The position numbers and the translations under genes were made by a program. The notes below the pieces were generated by a model. It was not told where the DNA came from, did not search any database, and was given only the letters and a program-made list of their open reading frames with translations. Shown one piece after another: positions 43,804 through 54,302 of a stretch of 64,000 nt of DNA. Origin of the DNA: an uncultured Gemmatimonadaceae bacterium (GTDB lineage: Bacteria; Gemmatimonadota; Gemmatimonadetes; Gemmatimonadales; Gemmatimonadaceae); the NCBI GenBank assembly GCA_963829055.1, contig CAWHHI010000004.1, positions 672,001-736,000 of the forward strand, in the 5' to 3' direction. The first letter of the stretch is position 1; each line of letters begins with the position of its first letter.

Positions 43804-44868
43804 TCAGTCGGGGAAGGGAAGCGTGAGAACGCTGGCGGTCGATTCCCCACCATCCCATCGCACGCGGACCGCCGTCGCCGGCGCGACCTCGCGACGCACC
43901 ATCGCGATCGCGATGCCGCCGAGTCGCGGCGATGCTGCGCTACTGCGGACGTCGCCAACGGGCTTGTCATTTTCGTCGAATAGCAGCGCCCCGCGCGGGA
44001 CCGGCGTCGTGTCGGAATACGTTAGGCCACGCAAATGCCGATTGACGTGCCCGCGGAAATGGACGCGCGCGACCGTTTCCTGGCCTGTATAGCAGCCCTT
44101 CGTGTACGAGATCGCGTGCAGCTCATCGAGGTTCGCTTCCTGTGGAATGGTCGACTCGTCGATGTCGATCCCCCACTCGGGGCGTCCCGCCTCGATCCGC
44201 GCGATCTCCCACGCTTCGAGTCCAGCGGGCACCGCGCCAAGCTCCACCGCGCGGCGCCAGATCTCTCCAACCGTGTCCGCCGGCAGGAACAGGTCGAATC
44301 CTTCCACGCCGACGTCCGGCGTACGCGCGACGAGCACGGGCATGCCGTCGCACTCGGTCACCATATGCGCGAAGGGCGCGAGTGCAGCGAGAGCGTCGGG
44401 ACTGGCGCCGGTGAGCGCCGCGACGATAGCGCGTGCCCGCACACCGAACACGCCAATGTCGGCGAGCACGTCGGTGCGATCCGCATAACGAGTGGCTCGC
44501 GGATTCACGTATTTCTTGATCATCGCCATCCAGCCCGCGGCGGCGCGGACGGGAACGTCGACCAGCAGTTCGTGATCGCGGGCGAATATCCGTATGTCGG
44601 CGATGATCTTTCCGCGAGGCGTGAGCGCGGCCGCGTACTGACCCGTTCCTGGTGAAAGCGCCGCGACGTCGTTGGTCACGAGGCCCGTGAGCGTGTCGAC
44701 TCGCTTCTCACCCTCGAACGACATGCGTGCGCGGTGAGAGCGATCGACGAGGATCGCCGCGCGTCGGAGTGCGGCGTACTCGCTCTCCACTCCCGCGTAC
44801 CGAAGGGCAACGGGGCGACCGGAGATGTCGCCGACGACTGCTTCGGAATGCGCGACCGACACTGTCAT
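43804..44868 (-). CDS. YgfZ/GcvT-family folate-binding protein
   Basis: LTGLVTND and ISYTKGCYTGQE signature. Confidence 0.9.
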   Translation of the reverse strand: MTVSVAHSEAVVGDISGRPVALRYAGVESEYAALRRAAILVDRSHRARMSFEGEKRVDTLTGLVTNDVAALSPGTGQYAAALTPRGKIIADIRIFARDHELLVDVPVRAAAGWMAMIKKYVNPRATRYADRTDVLADIGVFGVRARAIVAALTGASPDALAALAPFAHMVTECDGMPVLVARTPDVGVEGFDLFLPADTVGEIWRRAVELGAVPAGLEAWEIARIEAGRPEWGIDIDESTIPQEANLDELHAISYTKGCYTGQETVARVHFRGHVNRHLRGLTYSDTTPVPRGALLFDENDKPVGDVRSSAASPRLGGIAIAMVRREVAPATAVRVRWDGGESTASVLTLPFPD

Positions 44869-45554
44869 CGCTCGGCTCCGTGCACGCCGTGTGTCACCAG
44901 GTCGAGCGAGCGGACTGCGAGCCCGACGAGGGAAGGGATGAGCGCATCGGCGTCGAGGGCGAGGTGCATGGGCAGAGCTCCGACCACCGCACAACGCAAA
45001 CCCGCGGCCTTCGCGGCGCGAATGCCGGCCGCGCCGTCTTCCAGCGCCACGACATTTCGCGGGACGACCGGCTTCCGACGCGCGAGCCGTTCGAGCGCAC
45101 CGGCGTATTGGGCAGGCGAGGGCTTGGGCGTGAACGCGTCATCATCCGCGATGATGAACTCGAACGCATGGTCCAACTGCGCGAGGTTCAGCGTCTGCTC
45201 GATGTCCTGCCGCGCTGCCCGCGAGACGATACCAAGCCGCGTAGTCCCCTGAAGCGCTTCGATCGCGGCCTGCGCGCCTTCCATGAGGGAGATGCCGGTC
45301 TCGACGAGCGTGGCGAATCGGCGGTCGGCCCGCATGCCTGCAAGCTCAATCCCGGTTTCGTCGATGGCTATCCCGCGGAGCGCGAATGCCGCGCGAATCG
45401 CTGCGCGCACCGGCAGCCCGCTACAGCACTCGCCGTACTCCTCTTCAGTGAGGGTGACGCCGTCGCGTTCAATCGTATCCGTGAGGGCCCGGCGCCGAGC
45501 AACCCGGGTATCCGCTATGACACCATCGAATTCGAAGAGAACGGCATCGATCAT
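44865..45554 (-). CDS. HAD family hydrolase (Asp nucleophile position is Glu: FEFDG)
   Basis: VLFEFDGVIADT, KPSP and LEDG..GI.AA.AAG. Confidence 0.82.
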   Translation of the reverse strand: MIDAVLFEFDGVIADTRVARRRALTDTIERDGVTLTEEEYGECCSGLPVRAAIRAAFALRGIAIDETGIELAGMRADRRFATLVETGISLMEGAQAAIEALQGTTRLGIVSRAARQDIEQTLNLAQLDHAFEFIIADDDAFTPKPSPAQYAGALERLARRKPVVPRNVVALEDGAAGIRAAKAAGLRCAVVGALPMHLALDADALIPSLVGLAVRSLDLVTHGVHGAER

Positions 45555-45612
45555 GGGTAGAACAATAACGGGGCGTGAACGCTCACGGGAAACGCCCCCG
45601 TGCCGACAGACG

Positions 45613-46941
45613 TCAGTCCCCGTCCTGACGAGTGGGTTCCGATTGCCGGGTTTCACTCGCTCGTGCGTACGAAGCATCGAGCAGGTCGATCGGGTGAACC
45701 GCACGCGCGCGCGCGTGGGCCAGCCTGAGTCCCGCCCCGATCTGCATGAGACAGCCGGGATTCCCTGTGGCTACCCAGTCTGCACCGGTCGACGCGATAT
45801 GGCGGAGCTTCGGCGCGAGCACGGCATTCGAAGTGGCCGGCTCGAGCAGGTTGTAGATGCCCGCAGCGCCGCAACACTGCTCGGAATCCGTGAGCGGAAG
45901 CAGGGTGAGCTCGGGAATGGCGCGAAGCACCGCCAGGGGCGGCGCCACGACGCGCTGGGCGTGCAGCAAATGGCAGGGCGCATCGTACGTGACGCGCAGC
46001 GGTAGCGGCGCCCCCGGGCGGGGGCCGGCGGCCGCGAGCAGCTCACTCACGTCGCGCACGCGCGCAGCCATCGCGGCGGCTCGATCTGCCCAATGCGGAT
46101 CATCTCCGAGTAGGTGCCCGTACTCCTTCATCATCGCGCCGCAGCCTGCCGCGTTGACGCCAATGAACTCGGCGCCGCTCTTCTCGAACGCCTCGACGTT
46201 CTGTCGGGCGAGCGTGCGCGCGGTCTCGAGGTCGCCCGCATGTGCATGCAGCGCCCCGCAACACGCCTGGTTCGGTGCGCCTCGTACACGATAGTCGTTG
46301 GCTCTGAGCGTGCGACGCGTCGCCCGATTGGTGCGAGCGAACAAGCCGCTCATGACGCAGCCCTCGAGCAGCGCGACGGCGCCCCGCGTTCCCTCCATGC
46401 CAAAGTCGTACTCGCGCTCCGGCAGAGGAAGGCGGGTCGAGGCCAGCATCGCCGAGGCGAACCCGAGCCGACCACCCATGCTCGCCGCGAGAGACGGCAA
46501 ACGGGTCGCGCGAATGATGCGAGACGCGATGAGCATAACGCGGAGCAACGCCTTCTTCGCAAAGACGCCGAGTACGAGCCGTCCCAGCAACGGCGTTGGC
46601 CTAACCTCGCGAAGCGTCGCGCGTGTGGCCTCGAGCAACTGCCCGTACGGGACGCCCGACGGGCACGCAGTCTCACAGGCGCGGCAGCCGAGGCAGCGAT
46701 CGATGTGTGTTTGAAGGCTGGGGTCGTCGAGCGGGATCTCGCCCTCGACTGCTGCGCGCATCAGCACAATGCGACCGCGGGGACTGTCGTTCTCGTCCTC
46801 CAGGTTCACATACGTCGGGCAGGCCTGCAGGCAGAAGCCGCAGTGGACGCACGTCTCGATGCCCGGGATGGCCGCAGCGAGCGGGGTGTCGGGGATCGCG
46901 CAGGGGAGCGATCGACGTCCAGGCAGCGCCGTAGTGGTCAC
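45613..46941 (-). CDS. glcF: Glycolate oxidase Fe-S subunit
   Basis: CVHCGFCLQACP, CLGCRACETACP and two CCG domains. Confidence 0.88.
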   Translation of the reverse strand: MTTTALPGRRSLPCAIPDTPLAAAIPGIETCVHCGFCLQACPTYVNLEDENDSPRGRIVLMRAAVEGEIPLDDPSLQTHIDRCLGCRACETACPSGVPYGQLLEATRATLREVRPTPLLGRLVLGVFAKKALLRVMLIASRIIRATRLPSLAASMGGRLGFASAMLASTRLPLPEREYDFGMEGTRGAVALLEGCVMSGLFARTNRATRRTLRANDYRVRGAPNQACCGALHAHAGDLETARTLARQNVEAFEKSGAEFIGVNAAGCGAMMKEYGHLLGDDPHWADRAAAMAARVRDVSELLAAAGPRPGAPLPLRVTYDAPCHLLHAQRVVAPPLAVLRAIPELTLLPLTDSEQCCGAAGIYNLLEPATSNAVLAPKLRHIASTGADWVATGNPGCLMQIGAGLRLAHARARAVHPIDLLDASYARASETRQSEPTRQDGD

Positions 46942-48161
46942 GCTCGGGCGTCTCCGAGGATTCCGGGATTGAGCAGGCGGTGTGGGTCGAACGCGTCCCT
47001 TACCCCGCGCGACAGGGCATCCGACACCACGTCAGGCGACAGCGTAGGCCACAGTGAGGCGGGCAGGCGCTCGAAGATACGAACGTCGCGAGCAGTCGCC
47101 TGCAGGGCATCCACCGCGGCCGACGGCAAGTCTCCGTCCGCGTGAGGCAGGATCACTCTGGCGACCGCGCGGAGCAGACTTCCATGCGCAACGCCATCGC
47201 CAGCCGCGGCCAACCTGCTGGCTGTGGCCCACGTCTCGGCAAACCGAGCCACAGGACTCGAGAGTCGCACGGTTGACGCGTCGGGTGGCTCAATGACTCG
47301 TAGTCGGTTCCACATCTCTGTTGGTACGTCGCTCACGTCTCCGAATTGCGCGAGTGCGTCACGTTGCGCCGCCACCGCTTCCGCATTTCCCGCCAGGCGG
47401 GCGACGATGACGGTGTCGGTTCCGAGGCCGAGGTTCCGAACGAGCGCAGCACTCAGGATCTCGAGCGCGAGCGGCGCAATCGGGGCCGTGCGAAGCCGAG
47501 CGAGGAGGTCGGCGAGCGCGGACTCGGCGTTAGGCACGGCGAGGGCGACGGAGGCGTCCTGCTCTGGAAGGCCGCGCAGTCGGACCGACACCTCGGTGAG
47601 CACACCAAGCGTCCCCCACGCTCCGATGTTGAGCCGGGTGAGGTCGAAGCCGGCGACGTTCTTCACCACGCGGCCGCCGCCCCGGATGATGTCGCCGACG
47701 CCCGTCACGGCCTCCAACCCAAGGACGATGTCGCGCGGAGCCCCCAGGGTTCCGCTCATCGGGCCGGCGGATGCGGTCGCGGCCGTTGCGCCTAACGATC
47801 CGGCGTCGCCGCCCCACGGCGTGAGCGCAAGCCACTGCCCGTGCTGCGCGGTCGCCGCGGAGATCTCGGCCAGCGTCGTTCCGGCGCGCGCCGTGAGGGT
47901 GAGGTCCCCGGGCGTATAGTCGACGATACCGGTGAGGCCGTCGAGCTCTATCCGCCGGGCGTCACGAACCGGGCGGCCCGCACCGAGCCACGTCCCACGA
48001 CCGACGATGCGAAGAGGTGTCCGCCGATCGATCGCGTCGCGCACGATCTCACGGACATCGGCGACGCTCGTCGGACGGGCGGCGGCCGGTGCCGCCGACG
48101 CCGGCAGCGGAGCCGCGGCGGTCGTACGGGCAGCGGCGGCGTCAAACGTTAGGCGTTCCAC
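46938..48161 (-). CDS. glcE: Glycolate oxidase FAD-binding subunit
   Basis: YTPGDLTLTARAG, GGRVVKNVAGFDL and FDP..LLNPG. Confidence 0.85.
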   Translation of the reverse strand: MERLTFDAAAARTTAAAPLPASAAPAAARPTSVADVREIVRDAIDRRTPLRIVGRGTWLGAGRPVRDARRIELDGLTGIVDYTPGDLTLTARAGTTLAEISAATAQHGQWLALTPWGGDAGSLGATAATASAGPMSGTLGAPRDIVLGLEAVTGVGDIIRGGGRVVKNVAGFDLTRLNIGAWGTLGVLTEVSVRLRGLPEQDASVALAVPNAESALADLLARLRTAPIAPLALEILSAALVRNLGLGTDTVIVARLAGNAEAVAAQRDALAQFGDVSDVPTEMWNRLRVIEPPDASTVRLSSPVARFAETWATASRLAAAGDGVAHGSLLRAVARVILPHADGDLPSAAVDALQATARDVRIFERLPASLWPTLSPDVVSDALSRGVRDAFDPHRLLNPGILGDARA

Positions 48162-49579
48162 GCTGCCTTCCGTACGCCGTGCCATTCGCGGCAACTGTGA
48201 ACAGGGACAACCTTTCCTGGGTTGGCCCTTCGGTCGGGATCGAAGACCTCGCGAAGCCGGCACATCGCGGCGAGCGACTCGGACGAGAAGATGAGGTCCA
48301 TGTAGTCGAGCTTGTCGAGGCCGATGCCGTGCTCGCCAGTGATCGTGCCTCCAGCCGCGACACAGGCCGCCATGATCTCGCGCATCGCGGCGTGGACGCG
48401 AGCCTGCTCATCGGGATCGTTCGCGTCGTAACCGATATTCGGATGCAGATTACCGTCCCCGGCATGAAACACATTGCACACCGTGATGCGCTGGCGGTGC
48501 GCGATCTCGTGAATGGTCGCCAGAACGTCCGGTAGCCGAGTGCGCGGAATGACCGCGTCCTGCACGACCAGATGCGGGGAGATGCGCCCCATCGCGCCAA
48601 ACGCCTTCTTCCGCCCCTGCCAGAGACGTGCGCGCTCGGCTTCGTCGCGCGCGATCCGGACCGTGCGCGCGCCGGCGGTTTTGCACATCGCCTCGACGCG
48701 CGCGACATCGGTTTCGAGGCCGGCGGTGAGCCCGTCGAGCTCGATCAGCAGGATGGCCTCGGCGTCCACCGGGTAGCCGGCGGCGTAGATCGATGCTTCG
48801 ACGGCGCGGATCGTGGCGCCGTCCATCATCTCGAGTGCCGCCGGGACGATACCAGACGCGATGATCTCCGATGTCGCACGCGCGGCGTCGCCGACTGACG
48901 TGAAGTCGGCGAGCAGCGTCCGTACGGATTGCGGATTCGGCGAGAGTCTGACGGTGACGTCGAGTGCGATGCCGAAGCAGCCCTCCGATCCGACGAAGGC
49001 ACCGAGCAGGTCGTAGCCGTCCGCCTCGCCCTCGGCATTCCCGAGCCGCACGATCTCGCCGTTAGGCAGGATCGCCGTGACCGCGCGAACGTGGTTCAGC
49101 GTCACCCCGTACTTGAGGCAGTGCGGGCCCCCGGCATTCTCGGCGACATTGCCGCCGATCGTGCACGCCGCCTGGCTGGAGGGATCTGGCGCGTAATGCA
49201 GGCCGTACGGCGTCGCTGCTCGCGTCAGTGCGACGTTCACGACGCCGGGTTCCACGACAGCCAGCCGCTCGACGGGATCGACCGAGAGGATGCGCGTGAG
49301 GCGATTGAGTCCGATGAGCACGACATCGTCCGCGAGCGCGCCACCCGACAATCCCGTGCCCGCGCCGCGCGGTACGAACGGAATGCCGCGTTCGGCGAGC
49401 AGCCTAACGACGGCGACCAGCTCGTCGCGCGTGCGCGGAAAGACGCCAAGGCGCGGCTGCTTCGTGTAGCCGGGCAACCCGTCGCTACGGTAGACGACCA
49501 GCTCGCTCGGTCGCGCAAGGACGCTCCGTGCACCGACAATGTCGGCGAGGAGGCTGGGCAACTCGGATGTCACTGTCAC
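48149..49579 (-). CDS. glcD: Glycolate oxidase subunit GlcD (FAD-linked oxidase)
   Basis: PRGAGTGLSGG, APDPSSQ.ACTIGGN.AENAGG, HAGDGNLHP and GEHGIG. Confidence 0.9.
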   Translation of the reverse strand: MTVTSELPSLLADIVGARSVLARPSELVVYRSDGLPGYTKQPRLGVFPRTRDELVAVVRLLAERGIPFVPRGAGTGLSGGALADDVVLIGLNRLTRILSVDPVERLAVVEPGVVNVALTRAATPYGLHYAPDPSSQAACTIGGNVAENAGGPHCLKYGVTLNHVRAVTAILPNGEIVRLGNAEGEADGYDLLGAFVGSEGCFGIALDVTVRLSPNPQSVRTLLADFTSVGDAARATSEIIASGIVPAALEMMDGATIRAVEASIYAAGYPVDAEAILLIELDGLTAGLETDVARVEAMCKTAGARTVRIARDEAERARLWQGRKKAFGAMGRISPHLVVQDAVIPRTRLPDVLATIHEIAHRQRITVCNVFHAGDGNLHPNIGYDANDPDEQARVHAAMREIMAACVAAGGTITGEHGIGLDKLDYMDLIFSSESLAAMCRLREVFDPDRRANPGKVVPVHSCREWHGVRKAAWNA

Positions 49580-50244
49580 TTGGCGACGTACGGGCCGCGA
49601 CCGTTGCCCTTCGCTCGTCCGTGCACCTTCGCGCGCGCCTCCAGTGAATCGACGGCGCCTGCGAGCATGGTCCCTAACGTTTCCAGCCGCTCGGACGCCA
49701 GCCGCGACTCGAGCAGCGCCTGGCGACGAGAGGGCTCGATGTCGATCAGCGCCGCGATGCCAAACGACAACGAGTTGGCGTCGTCCGGCAGTGTCGGCAG
49801 CGGATCGTGATCATCCGCGAGCGTGCGAGCCGCGCGCCCGACCCGATCGAACAGCCCGCGGACGCGTTTGGCGAGCGGGGCGAGTACTGCCTCGTCCTCC
49901 GGCACATCGTCGTATTCGTCGACTTCCGCGACGCGGTAGGGCGCAGCGGTGACTACGAAGCGCAGCAACGAGAACCGACGGACCCCGTGGACGACGATGT
50001 TGGAGCGCCCGTCCGGCAGGGTGTGCGCGTCGTCCACCTCGGCAATGCAGCCGACCGTGCCTGGCACGAGGTCCGCCTCGCTGACGCCTTCGGCGCGGAA
50101 GACGATGCCGAATCGCGAATCGCCCTCGACGCAATCGGCCAGCAGCTGCCGATACCGCGGCTCGAAAATGTGCAGCGGCAGCGGAGCGCCGGGGAACAGC
50201 ACCAGCGGCAGGGAGAACAGTGGCAGGAGAGAGAGGGGCACCAC
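49576..50244 (-). CDS. LON peptidase substrate-binding domain protein
   Basis: LPLFSLPLVLFPG.PLPLHIFEPRY and PDGRSNI. Confidence 0.88.
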   Translation of the reverse strand: MVPLSLLPLFSLPLVLFPGAPLPLHIFEPRYRQLLADCVEGDSRFGIVFRAEGVSEADLVPGTVGCIAEVDDAHTLPDGRSNIVVHGVRRFSLLRFVVTAAPYRVAEVDEYDDVPEDEAVLAPLAKRVRGLFDRVGRAARTLADDHDPLPTLPDDANSLSFGIAALIDIEPSRRQALLESRLASERLETLGTMLAGAVDSLEARAKVHGRAKGNGRGPYVAK

Positions 50245-50259
50245 GGAAAGGTAAAACCC

Positions 50260-51186
50260 TCAGGCAGTTGTTGCGTCCTCCGGTGGAACGACCAGCAGAA
50301 GCGCATCACGATCGATCCTGTACTCGAGCGGCGAGTTCAACTCGACCAGCTCACCATCAACGGCGACACGGCCGGCACGACGACGAAGCTCGATACGGCA
50401 TTCGTCGACTACGAACGTATCCATGAGCTTTCCGCGATCGATCGCCATGTTGCCTCGCAACGCCGCCGTCACCCCGGCGGCGACCAGGCGCGCGAACGTC
50501 CCGCCGCGCACGACGATCACGTGCAGCCCCCGCCGACCATCCTTCGCGCGGCCTCCCATCGAAGGCAACTGAAGCTCTCGTTCGCCGACGCCCACGAAGA
50601 CGAGCGCGCTCCGATAGCGCCGCATCTCGCCGTCCAGTCGCAGCTCGACCGTGAATGGGCGTACTCGGCCGAGCAACCGAAGTCCGGCGATCAATGTCGC
50701 GAGGCGATATCCGAAGTACCGCTCGATGCGTTCGCGAGTTCGCACGAAAACCACGTACGCACCGACGGAGCTCGTATTGAGGAAGAGTCGGCCGTTGACG
50801 GTGGCGACGTCGGCGGTGATGGTGGTACCGGTAGCCGAGATCCGTGCCGCCTCGGCATGATCGGTTGGGATGCCGTGGTCCTTCGCGAAGTGGTTGAGCG
50901 TGCCGCCAGGAACGACCGACAGCGCCGTCTTCGTCCCCACGAGGGCGGCTGCGGCTTTGGCAACGGTGCCGTCACCTCCAGCGACGACGATGCGATCGGC
51001 GCCAGCACTGACGGCGTTCTCGATCTGCTCGTCCATGGACTCGGGGTCACACGCCTCGACAGTGAAGGCGCCTACCGCTTCAAGGGCGTCGCGTGCTGCC
51101 TTACCGGAGCCGGACTCGAGGTTGACGAAGGCCGGAATTGGCCGTTGTGACACGGGTGACTCCTGGAGAGGGCGACACGCGCTCAC
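50260..51186 (-). CDS. Diacylglycerol/lipid kinase family protein
   Basis: VAGGDGT, PGGTLNHFAKD and VDGE. Confidence 0.88.
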   Translation of the reverse strand: MSACRPLQESPVSQRPIPAFVNLESGSGKAARDALEAVGAFTVEACDPESMDEQIENAVSAGADRIVVAGGDGTVAKAAAALVGTKTALSVVPGGTLNHFAKDHGIPTDHAEAARISATGTTITADVATVNGRLFLNTSSVGAYVVFVRTRERIERYFGYRLATLIAGLRLLGRVRPFTVELRLDGEMRRYRSALVFVGVGERELQLPSMGGRAKDGRRGLHVIVVRGGTFARLVAAGVTAALRGNMAIDRGKLMDTFVVDECRIELRRRAGRVAVDGELVELNSPLEYRIDRDALLLVVPPEDATTA

Positions 51187-51246
51187 TCCACAGGGCGAAA
51201 AGCGTACCCGTCAATTGTCGAGCGGGGCAGCTGTCCTGCCAGCTGC

Positions 51247-51687
51247 CTAACGACCGAGAATCCGGTCGATGGTCGTGCGGAGCTTCGAGAATTCGAATGG
51301 CTTCTCGATAATCTCGCACGACGTCTCGCGCGCGAAATCCGCCGCCTCATCGGAGACGAGGTCGCCCGTGGAGAAGACGAGGCGGGGCAGGACTTCGGGG
51401 CAATCCTTCTCGATGCGGTCGTGCAGCTCGATACCGGAGAGGCCAGGCATCCGCAGGTCGGACACCACGAGCGAATAGGGAGGCGTTGCGCGCTGGCTTC
51501 GGTCGTGGAGGATCATCTCGAGCGCTCGGCCACCGTCGCCGGCCTCTTCCACTTCCCAGCCCATTCGCGTGAAGAATCGTCGCAGGGCGATCCGGATTGT
51601 CGACTCGTCATCGACGACCAACACGCGTGGCGGCGTGATCGACGGCATTCGGTTGGTCGGATCGGGCTCGTTTGTGCGCTCCATCAC
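51247..51687 (-). CDS. Single-domain response regulator
   Basis: LVVDDE, SDLRMPG and KPF. Confidence 0.88.
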   Translation of the reverse strand: MMERTNEPDPTNRMPSITPPRVLVVDDESTIRIALRRFFTRMGWEVEEAGDGGRALEMILHDRSQRATPPYSLVVSDLRMPGLSGIELHDRIEKDCPEVLPRLVFSTGDLVSDEAADFARETSCEIIEKPFEFSKLRTTIDRILGR

Positions 51688-51762
51688 ACCCTGACGACCG
51701 TGGTGAACTCGCGATACATCGCGTCGAGATGATCCCGACCATCAGAACAACCAGAGATGCAA

Positions 51763-51790
51763 AAGGGCTCGGCGATCTGCCGAGCCCTTC
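51763..51790. terminator. Rho-independent terminator after the sigma factor gene
   Basis: AAGGGCTCGGC-GATCT-GCCGAGCCCTT with an A-tract on the + side. Confidence 0.8.
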
Positions 51791-51811
51791 GACACGAGAC
51801 GGCGGCGTATG

Positions 51812-52705
51812 TCAGGCCGCGGTCCAGAAGCCGGCGAGCGCCGACCCATCCGGGGACTCACGGAGCTTTTCGAACGCGCGCTCCCGAATCTGACGGATTC
51901 GCTCACGGGTAACGCCCATGAGTGCGCCGATCTTTTCGAGCGTCATGGCCTCGGAGCCTTCTTCGAGACCGTAGTAGAGATAGAGGATCTTTCGCTCACG
52001 CGGAGTGAGGTACTGTCTGAACACGCGATCGATGAACTCGCGCATCAGCTTGAAGTCGGTGACTTCCTCGATCTCGGTGCCATCGACGCCAGCGAAGCGC
52101 TCGCCGAGCGTGCAGGCTTCGCGATCGGAGCGGTCGATTGGTGCATCGAGCGAGACTTCGGTGGCGGACATCTGCTTCGCCGCGCGTACAGCTTCCGGGG
52201 TCTCCTCGAGGAGTCGACCGATCTCGCTGTCGGTGGGATCGCGCTTGAGCACCTGCGAGAGCACCGTTTCGGCGCGAGCGAGCCGGATGAGCTGAGAGTT
52301 CTGGTTGAGCGGAATTCGCACAGAGCGAGTCTGCTCGGCCAGCGCTTTCAGGACGGCCTGTCGTACCCACCAGACGGCGTACGAAATGAACTTGACGCCC
52401 TGGTCGGGATCGAATTTTCGGACGGCCTTGAGCAGGCCTTCGTTCCCGATAGCCACCAGCTCGCTCAGGTCGAGTCCGTGGCCCTGGTACTTCTTCACGT
52501 AGGAGATGACGAAGCGGAGGTTTGCCGTCACCAGCCTTTCAGCTGCCTTCTCGTCGCCTTTCTGGGCGCGTCGTGCTAACCGTCGCTCTTCTTCGGGATC
52601 GGTTATGAGAGGGAGCTTTTGTATATCCTGTAGATATTGATCGAAAGCGGTGGAGGGGGAAGAACGGAAGAACCCTTTAGACCTGCTCTCGGTCACTTGC
52701 TGCAT
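51812..52705 (-). CDS. RNA polymerase sigma factor, RpoD/RpoS-like (no region 1.1)
   Basis: ANLRFV, KFDPDQGVKFISYAVWWVRQA and GVTRERIRQI. Confidence 0.93.
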   Translation of the reverse strand: MQQVTESRSKGFFRSSPSTAFDQYLQDIQKLPLITDPEEERRLARRAQKGDEKAAERLVTANLRFVISYVKKYQGHGLDLSELVAIGNEGLLKAVRKFDPDQGVKFISYAVWWVRQAVLKALAEQTRSVRIPLNQNSQLIRLARAETVLSQVLKRDPTDSEIGRLLEETPEAVRAAKQMSATEVSLDAPIDRSDREACTLGERFAGVDGTEIEEVTDFKLMREFIDRVFRQYLTPRERKILYLYYGLEEGSEAMTLEKIGALMGVTRERIRQIRERAFEKLRESPDGSALAGFWTAA

Positions 52706-52898
52706 ACACGCCCCTTACCATGCGGAAGGTTGATGCGAGCTCGGTCGGGATCGCTCGCGGGCTTGGTCAGCAGAGGCGGCACGATAACACGGGTGTACAA
52801 TCAAGGTCAACAGGTTTTTTGACGGTGACTTCTGCGCGACGCGCTGCGATGTGGGATGTCGTTGGCGAGTAACGATTTGTGATGTTTCGCACGCGCGC

Positions 52899-52938
52899 AC
52901 AAAAAACGGGGAGGCATGAGGCCTCCCCGTCGTTTTTC
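52899..52938. terminator. Rho-independent terminator
   Basis: AAAAAACGGGGAGGC-ATGAG-GCCTCCCCGT. Confidence 0.8.
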
Positions 52939-52951
52939 AGCCGAAAATTGG

Positions 52952-53131
52952 TCAGACCGCCGGCGGATCGCGCGGTTTCGTCCGCGAAGTTGCCATCAGA
53001 ATGCCGATGCCGAGCAGCACGACGACGCCGACGAGGATCCATGTCGGAGGCACGTTGAGCAGGTACGCGGCGATCCCAAGCCCGATGATCAGAATGATGA
53101 AGCCGACGAGATAGGTGCCGAAGGACGACAT
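52952..53131 (-). CDS. Small two-TM membrane protein
   Basis: MSSFGTYLVGFIILIIGLGIAAYLLNVPPTWILVGVVVLLGIGIL; GGAG RBS. Confidence 0.75.
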   Translation of the reverse strand: MSSFGTYLVGFIILIIGLGIAAYLLNVPPTWILVGVVVLLGIGILMATSRTKPRDPPAV

Positions 53132-53191
53132 TGCTGTCTCCGGTGGAGTCACCCCATGCATGAGCAAGCCGCGTTCCCTGACCCCGACGAA

Positions 53192-54298
53192 CTACGCCAA
53201 CGCGCGAATGATCTCGAGCGAGCGTTCGTCCGGAACGTGAACACCCCATCCTGACGTTTCCCCGGCCATCTCGCCCACGCGCTTCGGCAAGGCGTACTCG
53301 AGCATGCCGCGGCGCCGCTTCTTGTCGGCGCGCATGAGTGCGAAGACCCGGTCTGCGCTGAGCGCACGCGGCATCGTGCAGGGGAGTCCGATGCTCTCGA
53401 CTGCCCGCTTGATTCCCGCAGCCGTGCCGGCGTCCGCGATGCCGACGTGCTCCGCGAGCCTCGCTTCGGCGACCATGCCGATGGCGACCGCCTCACCGTG
53501 CAGCAGCGAGTAGTCGCTCCCCGCTTCCACGCCATGACCGATGGTGTGCCCGAAGTTCAGCACCTTTCGAAGGCCGTGTTCACGTTCGTCGGTTGCGACC
53601 ACGCGGGCTTTGATACGGATGCTTCGCTCGATGAGCGGCTCGAGTGTGGAGACTGGTGTGTTCCCGGCGAGCAAGCCAGGCACGAGGGCGATGACCGCGT
53701 CGATCTCGGATTCGTCGGCGATGACGGCGTGCTTGATCACTTCCGCGAAGCCCGCGCGCAACTCGCGTGGTGGGAGCGATGCGAGCGTAGACGGATCGAT
53801 CACGACGAGCGCCGGCGGGTGAAACGCGCCGACGGTGTTCTTGCCGGCCGGCGTGTCCACGGCTGTCTTGCCGCCAACGGACGCATCGACCATCGCGAGC
53901 AGCGTCGTGGGCACCTGCACGACCGGGACGCCACGCATGTACGTCGCGGCGACGAACCCGGCGAGATCTCCAATGACGCCGCCGCCCAGCGCGATGATGG
54001 TCGTGTCTCGGGCGCAGCCTCGCTCGAGCAGTGTGTCGGTGATCGCGCTCCACTGTTCTCGCGTCTTGTGCTGCTCGCCGGCGGGGATGACGACCGTGTG
54101 TACGCGGTCATCGCTCGTGCCGAGCGACGCGCTCACGAGCGCGTCGTGCACGGCGCCGAGGTAGTGCGGCGCGACGTTGTCGTCCGTGACGATCGCGTAC
54201 TGGTGTGCCGATGCATGCTCGCCGACAAGCTCGGCGAGCCTGCCCAGCGCGCCGCTGGCGACGACGATCGGGTAGCCGAGAACGTCGATGGACGTCAC
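53192..54298 (-). CDS. aroB: 3-dehydroquinate synthase
   Basis: GGGVIGDLAGF, PTTLLAMVDASVGGKT, LNFGHTIGH and HGEAV. Confidence 0.95.
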   Translation of the reverse strand: MTSIDVLGYPIVVASGALGRLAELVGEHASAHQYAIVTDDNVAPHYLGAVHDALVSASLGTSDDRVHTVVIPAGEQHKTREQWSAITDTLLERGCARDTTIIALGGGVIGDLAGFVAATYMRGVPVVQVPTTLLAMVDASVGGKTAVDTPAGKNTVGAFHPPALVVIDPSTLASLPPRELRAGFAEVIKHAVIADESEIDAVIALVPGLLAGNTPVSTLEPLIERSIRIKARVVATDEREHGLRKVLNFGHTIGHGVEAGSDYSLLHGEAVAIGMVAEARLAEHVGIADAGTAAGIKRAVESIGLPCTMPRALSADRVFALMRADKKRRRGMLEYALPKRVGEMAGETSGWGVHVPDERSLEIIRALA

Positions 54299-54302
54299 AC
54301 GG